64,000 bases of DNA from NCBI GenBank assembly GCA_010015805.1, contig ML978122.1:3072453-3136452 (forward strand), read 5' to 3'. Each line of letters starts with the position of its first letter. Within the stretch, counting starts at the first letter, position 1. A model generated the notes under the pieces. That model worked only from the letters and a program-made list of their open reading frames with translations, was not told where the DNA came from and searched no databases. The DNA comes from Rhizodiscina lignyota (lineage: Eukaryota). Shown one piece after another: positions 58,884-64,000 of this stretch. Made by a program: the position numbers and the translations under genes.

Positions 58884-60066
58884 TTACATGCTGTTGTAAA
58901 GTTTGCCAAGGTCACTTAGACCCGTGCCGGCAGTGTTGATGAGGATACCATCCTCAGCCATGAAGTACGCATAGCGCTCCACGTAAGTTTGGCTGTCAAG
59001 CCATGGAAGCACCGCCCTCAAGAACGAGATCTGATCATCCGTGCCGGCCTGAAGCTGAAACTCTGGGATCCACACTGGGCGGTCGCCGAAATAGGTAGAG
59101 CTGTCGCGAACATGGTCCTTGAAGTTTGCGACGGCGGAGGAGACGGGCGAGGGCTGGTACCAGTGGATACAGATGAAATCGATGCGTCAACCTTTGCAGG
59201 ACTCGAAGAATTCGCGTAGCCAGTGAAGACCTGTAGAGCCTTCGCCATTGGTGACACACTGAACGAGCAAGTAGTTAGCACAATGCAGGAGGGCGGAAAG
59301 GAAGGATGAGCATACTGGAGAGCCGAGACGGTACTTTCCAGCGTATGGCTGCATGTTCGTCTTCCAGGCGGTAATAGAGCTTGCGACATCAGTGCAGGAG
59401 CCGCCGCTGCCACATTGATCGGGCTCTGGAGCGCGTAATATGGTGTTCCCATAGAGAGCTGAGGGATTAGGTAGACATACCATTGAAGAACATGATCGAA
59501 GCACCCGAATTCACGGTTTGCTTGAGGTTACCAGCCCAGCTCGAAGTCAAGTCGGACGCACCACTCCACAGCATGGGCACGTATTGGAAGCGATAGTTGT
59601 ATGGAGACCCAGGCAATTGAGCCCAATTGTACGCCCAGGAAACCTTTGTGTTGGCAAAGAGCTTGGTAAAAGCAGCATTATTGTAAGCTACGCCACGCTT
59701 ACGAGCGACGGTAGCACGAGTATTGAGGTAGATGCCGAAAGACTTGTTACCGGAGGAGTGGCTGCCGAGAGACAGGTTGCCGTGGGGGTGGTTACCGAGA
59801 GAGTTGTTACCGAGCGAGTGATTGCCATGGGAGAAGTCGCTAAGAGAATGATTGCCGAAAGTGTGGTTCGCGAGGGGGTGGTTACCGACGGATTGATTAC
59901 CGCTGAAGGAGTGGTTGGCGTAGTATTGAGTGATAGTTGGATACAGAGAAGGGTACGGGTCGATAGCATCGGCGACATGATTGTACTCATGGTGTTGACG
60001 ATGCAGCTCTGTGACCTGCGGAAGCAGCAAAGCAAGGCCAAACAAGGCCAAGATGATGACGATCAT
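58884..60066 (-). CDS. Secreted GH128 beta-1,3-glucanase (Asl1-like) with His/Asn-rich repeat pro-region, 3 exons
   Basis: Signal peptide; KRGVAYN, WAYNW, YVPMLW, FN-EPD (across intron), IHWY, WIPEF, YVERYAYF. Confidence 0.88.
59740..59920 (-). repeat. Degenerate 15-nt (GNHSL pentapeptide) tandem repeat within the GH128 gene
   Basis: ANHSF SGNQSV GNHPL ANHTF GNHSL SDFSH GNHSL GNNSL GNHPH GNLSL GSHSS GNKSF. Confidence 0.8.
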
Positions 60067-63000
60067 GTTGTTAATGAGCGAAGTTATGAACCAAAGAACC
60101 AGAAAGAGTGTCAGGGGCTGTGCAAGCTTAGGGAAGCAATGAACGACCGTGGTTGTTGGATGTTGTTGAGAGGAAGATTGAGGTAGAGAGAAATAGAGGT
60201 TTATCTAGGGAAAGGAATCGGTCCGTGCTAGCGCGATTGGTGGTTTGCAGCGGTATGAATCGGCACAGCGAGCAGATTCGGGAAGTCAGGGTCGGTCCAG
60301 TGCTGCGATGTGGTATACGGCATCCGGCGTCTGTCTAAAACAAGCTTCAATCTTGACCTCAACAACAACACCAACTCAAGCTCAACATCCTGCACCGCGT
60401 GCTCCTCCGCTTGAACCAATTCGTTTCGCAGAAGCATAGTGAGTCGCCTCCTGCTCAGAACAGCGCGGAGAATAATTTTACACTTTGGGAGTAGCTTCTT
60501 CGTCCTTCATGTCGGCTATGCATTACACCGGCTTCTTAGCATCTTTAACAACTAGTCAACACCAGTCATTCTCACAGCACACACGGAATCTGCTTACTGA
60601 CCTGCATAGCTTCAACAGCAACATGAACTCCTCTACTTCCGGCTACACCTCAAACAACGACATGTACCCGCCATCACGAATGGATGACTTTGTCGCCATC
60701 CAAACGGCGACCGCGGTGACGATGACAAGAGTGAGGGCAAGGGAAGTTTGGATCAGTCCGTACGTTGTTCCAGTTTCTATCCCACACGCCCTCGACACCA
60801 GGAGCAACTCTCTTCAATTGGGTCCTAACGTACGTTTAACAGTCCATACCAACCCCCATCACCTGCCAGCGACTCCCATTACTCCTGGTCCGAGGCGACG
60901 CAGTCGCGACACGGAATGAGGGACTCGAAGACGAGAAGGAATACGGCGGAAGAGGTTGCGGGAACCGGAGACGGCCTCGTCAAAAACGTCGGCCGAAAGG
61001 TCGGAGCTTGGTTTCGGCGGTTGATTGGAAGGGAATGAGGAGAGAAGGAGTGGCCTTGACGACGTAACGATGGTAGGGGGGGATGGCTTCGTGTTTGTTA
61101 ATATTGTGCTCAGGTACCCATCAAAAGACCTAAGCTTCTTCCTGAATTAAGTCACATTCTCTGCACCTTAAAGCACATTGAATCGGGGGGTCCTGTGGAC
61201 GTTAGTCATCTCAGCAAGGTAGGAAGTTGAATTTCAGAGCTTACAGGAAGGCCAGAGACGAGACAGTTAAGAACTGGCGAGCGGGTGGCAGCAGCAGGAG
61301 TGCATTCCCATCAAGCCTCAGATGCACTTCCTGACACCCACAACAATGCCCTCAATAATTGCCGACGGTGCAGCACATACGATGTGATCCAGAGTAGCAG
61401 ATGGGACAAAAGTGATCCAGGACAGCGCCAATCCTGAGCAACAGGGTATTCGATGCGACAGAATCAAGCAGTCGGCAGGAGGAGGTGCGCTTTCAACATC
61501 GGCGACATAGCTCAATACGAGCGTAATCGGTCCAACGGTACTTTAAGCAAGTACGAAGGTCGCAACAGATGGAAGAGATCCAGCGCAATGGCAAACGTAA
61601 GCTCGCAAACGCGGCGGTGTAGTAAGATTACGATACTGCCAACCGTGTAACTTGATGCCAATGTCAAGGGGTTAGCCCAAGAAGTATCGTGAGGCTGGTT
61701 GGCATGCCTCAGTAGCAGGTAGTGTCAAGGGAGCTGAAAGACGGACCAAACAAGGCTGTCCAAGCTGCAAAGGCGGCAGCAGCAGCAGCAGCTCTAGTTT
61801 CCCACAGCGCAAGGGCCTTGGATAATAAAGAGGCTAGCCAGTCCGGTCTTCTTCGCTGGACGACAACCTCCACGATCGCGTCCGCCGCCACCCCTTCGCA
61901 GCCGGTACCAAGCCCTCTAAGCGTCACCTCGCGAAAAAAAACTTATTGTCACTCCGACAAATGAGCCTCAAGCCGCAAGCATGTACCGGGAGAAGCAATC
62001 GCCTGCTCTTCTCGATGTTGATTTCACACTACCCATAGCTCTTACCGAAGCAGACAACAGGAGAAAAGAGAAAGGTTAGGAGGGCTGGTATCAGACAAAA
62101 GAAGATGGAGTTAGAAGGAAGAAAATGTTTTCAGAAAACAGACGGAGGCGGCTATGGAGAGTCGCTGAGATGGAGACGAGAGGATTGGTATACTTGAGAA
62201 AGAAGGTCTGATGATTCAAGAGCTTCCATTGGGAAGACTTCTGCCGCCAGCAGCAGTTTGAACCTCTCAGCAGTCGATATACCCAGTGTCAAACTGCGAA
62301 GCAATTACGGTAAAAAGAAAAGATGCCACACGCCGCGAGGATACATTCGAGGCTTTCACCGGTTGGAGAAGAGGCTAGTCGCAAGGATACCAGGTCTCTG
62401 GCGCCTTCCAGAGTAGCGGAAGTTGACTTACGGCCCAAGATACTGTGGGACCTGCTACCATCCACACTCCCGGCAAGCGAATGATCCGTGTGAGTCGTGC
62501 TGGTGTGCTGGGCCTCGAATAGGTAGAAGATTAGTCAACAACCTCAGTACCGTCACCTGGGAGCACGTCGCTTTATTATCGAGATCGTCGTCGCTCGGAA
62601 GAGCAATTTGTTCTAAATGCGGTGGGCCCCGTAAGACCTTTGGCTCCTTCAGCAGTCTTCCCTTCTGGGCTGGAAGTGGTACAAACGATCCAAGAATGGC
62701 TCATCCATGTCCTCAGCAGGACGCGCGCGCAGCGAGAGGCTCTTCCTCTTACGGCAATCGATTTTCCGACAATGTGATAAAGGCACAATAACGTCTCTAC
62801 CTTGAGTCTCAATACCGGTCCTACTCTTGGGCCATGCATCGCGTGTCTGATCTCCCATGTCTTGGTATCGCTGTGCCACTCATGGCAGACTGTCAATGTT
62901 GAATGTGCCATGGCCAGCTGACATCCGAACGGTGATAACCCATAGCAGCTCTATGCCAAGTGCTTCTTAAAAGGTCCGTTCACATTTCCAAAGCGTCCTG

Positions 63001-64000
63001 TCTCTGATGCTGAAGGTAAACTGTTCTGCAGTCCGCTGGCCTTATGTGAGTATCTGATGCAAAGACTGCGAAAGCCTACTCTCTCCATGTTCTATGTCAT
63101 TGGTTTACCCAGAAGTGCAGGTAGTGAGTCACATAGAGTTCCGTTGCGTAGTCATCAGGCGTTCGTAAATGTCGTGACCGGTTGATTAGACTCGGATTGC
63201 GGAACTTGCGCCGTCTTATGACCCTTGTACCAGCATCTCAAGCATTTCATGATCCATGCATTCCGGTTTCCTTCAAGTTGTGAACCGGGTCCGATCTCAA
63301 GCTTGTGCTCCATCGAGTAGTATGCGTTGTGTACAGAGCGAGCTGGGTGAAGGTCGGTCGGTCGATCGGTTTACAACGTATTTTTGATTCCTTCGCGGCA
63401 CCACGCCCTGGCCCTGCCTTAGTGTTGCTAAACCATCTCGGCTGCAGCACAAGGGATGAGAGTATGTCTTAGCATCGAAAGTCCGTCTCCGACACCATCG
63501 GCATTGATGTGCGCGCCGTGGAGCGTTGCAGGATGGCTAAGGTTGGTCGCTCATGGAGCTGAAAGTATCATAATGGATAGAGATCGAAGAGAGTAGAGTG
63601 ATAGTGATAGAAGCTTTGGCATCGAGCTCCCAGCGACCTCGTCAATTGCAATACTGAAATGTAGTTGTGGGAGAGGCCGATGGAGGTCAGGACCGGGACA
63701 GGGGCTGTATCGTACTAAACCTAAGAAATCCGTCCCATTGGCTCAAATTTTGAAAACGGCACTCGATGAGAAAGTAACGTATGTCTCAACCCTTGGCTGC
63801 ATCCTCCCTTTCACTATCACCTCGTTTCGTAGAGAGCGGGCACCAGGGGCGCATGATGCATCTACGATCGAATGCCTAAACATTTGTTGTTTTTAGGTAT
63901 CTCCTCACATGCTTTATGGTACATTTAAGCTTGGTTTCTAGATACTCATAAACCCGTATGATTTTCGGTACTTATGCACCTATTATTTGGCTACCTGAAG

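Noticed and set aside
1..64000. tRNA, rRNA, CRISPR arrays, telomerase template, TPP riboswitch, Starship/LTR/DDE genes
   Set aside because: No diagnostic motifs found by eye; a covariance-model and HMM scan would be needed to exclude them formally

Overview
Gene-dense, intron-containing nuclear DNA of a filamentous ascomycete (Pezizomycotina-type GT-AG introns with CTRAY branch points; species not identifiable). About 25 protein-coding genes can be reconstructed. Conserved core genes include SVF1, a HAL4/SAT4 kinase, a Bqt4-like APSES protein, Rho-GDI, Ras, a CinA/MoCF-domain protein, a bZIP factor and an eIF4E-binding-type protein. Accessory genes include HET, GST, an M20 peptidase, an atypical Hsp70, HAD and GH128. 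No rRNA, tRNA, CRISPR or intact transposon was recognised. Most notable: (1) a Rho-GDI gene with two giant introns (1261 and 814 nt) carrying long same-strand protein-like ORFs, one in frame with exon 3; (2) two divergent Ulp1/C48-like paralogs about 38 kb apart, one with an intact His-Asp-Cys triad and one with Cys replaced by Ser, both with HMG-box-type motif clusters upstream; (3) a head-to-head atypical Hsp70 plus coiled-coil partner with a GrpE-like C-terminus, the Hsp70 carrying a 1-nt frameshift; (4) a structured 415-nt intron in a DUF423 gene; (5) a ~190-bp MITE-like element. All family assignments are by motif recognition only; no searches were run.
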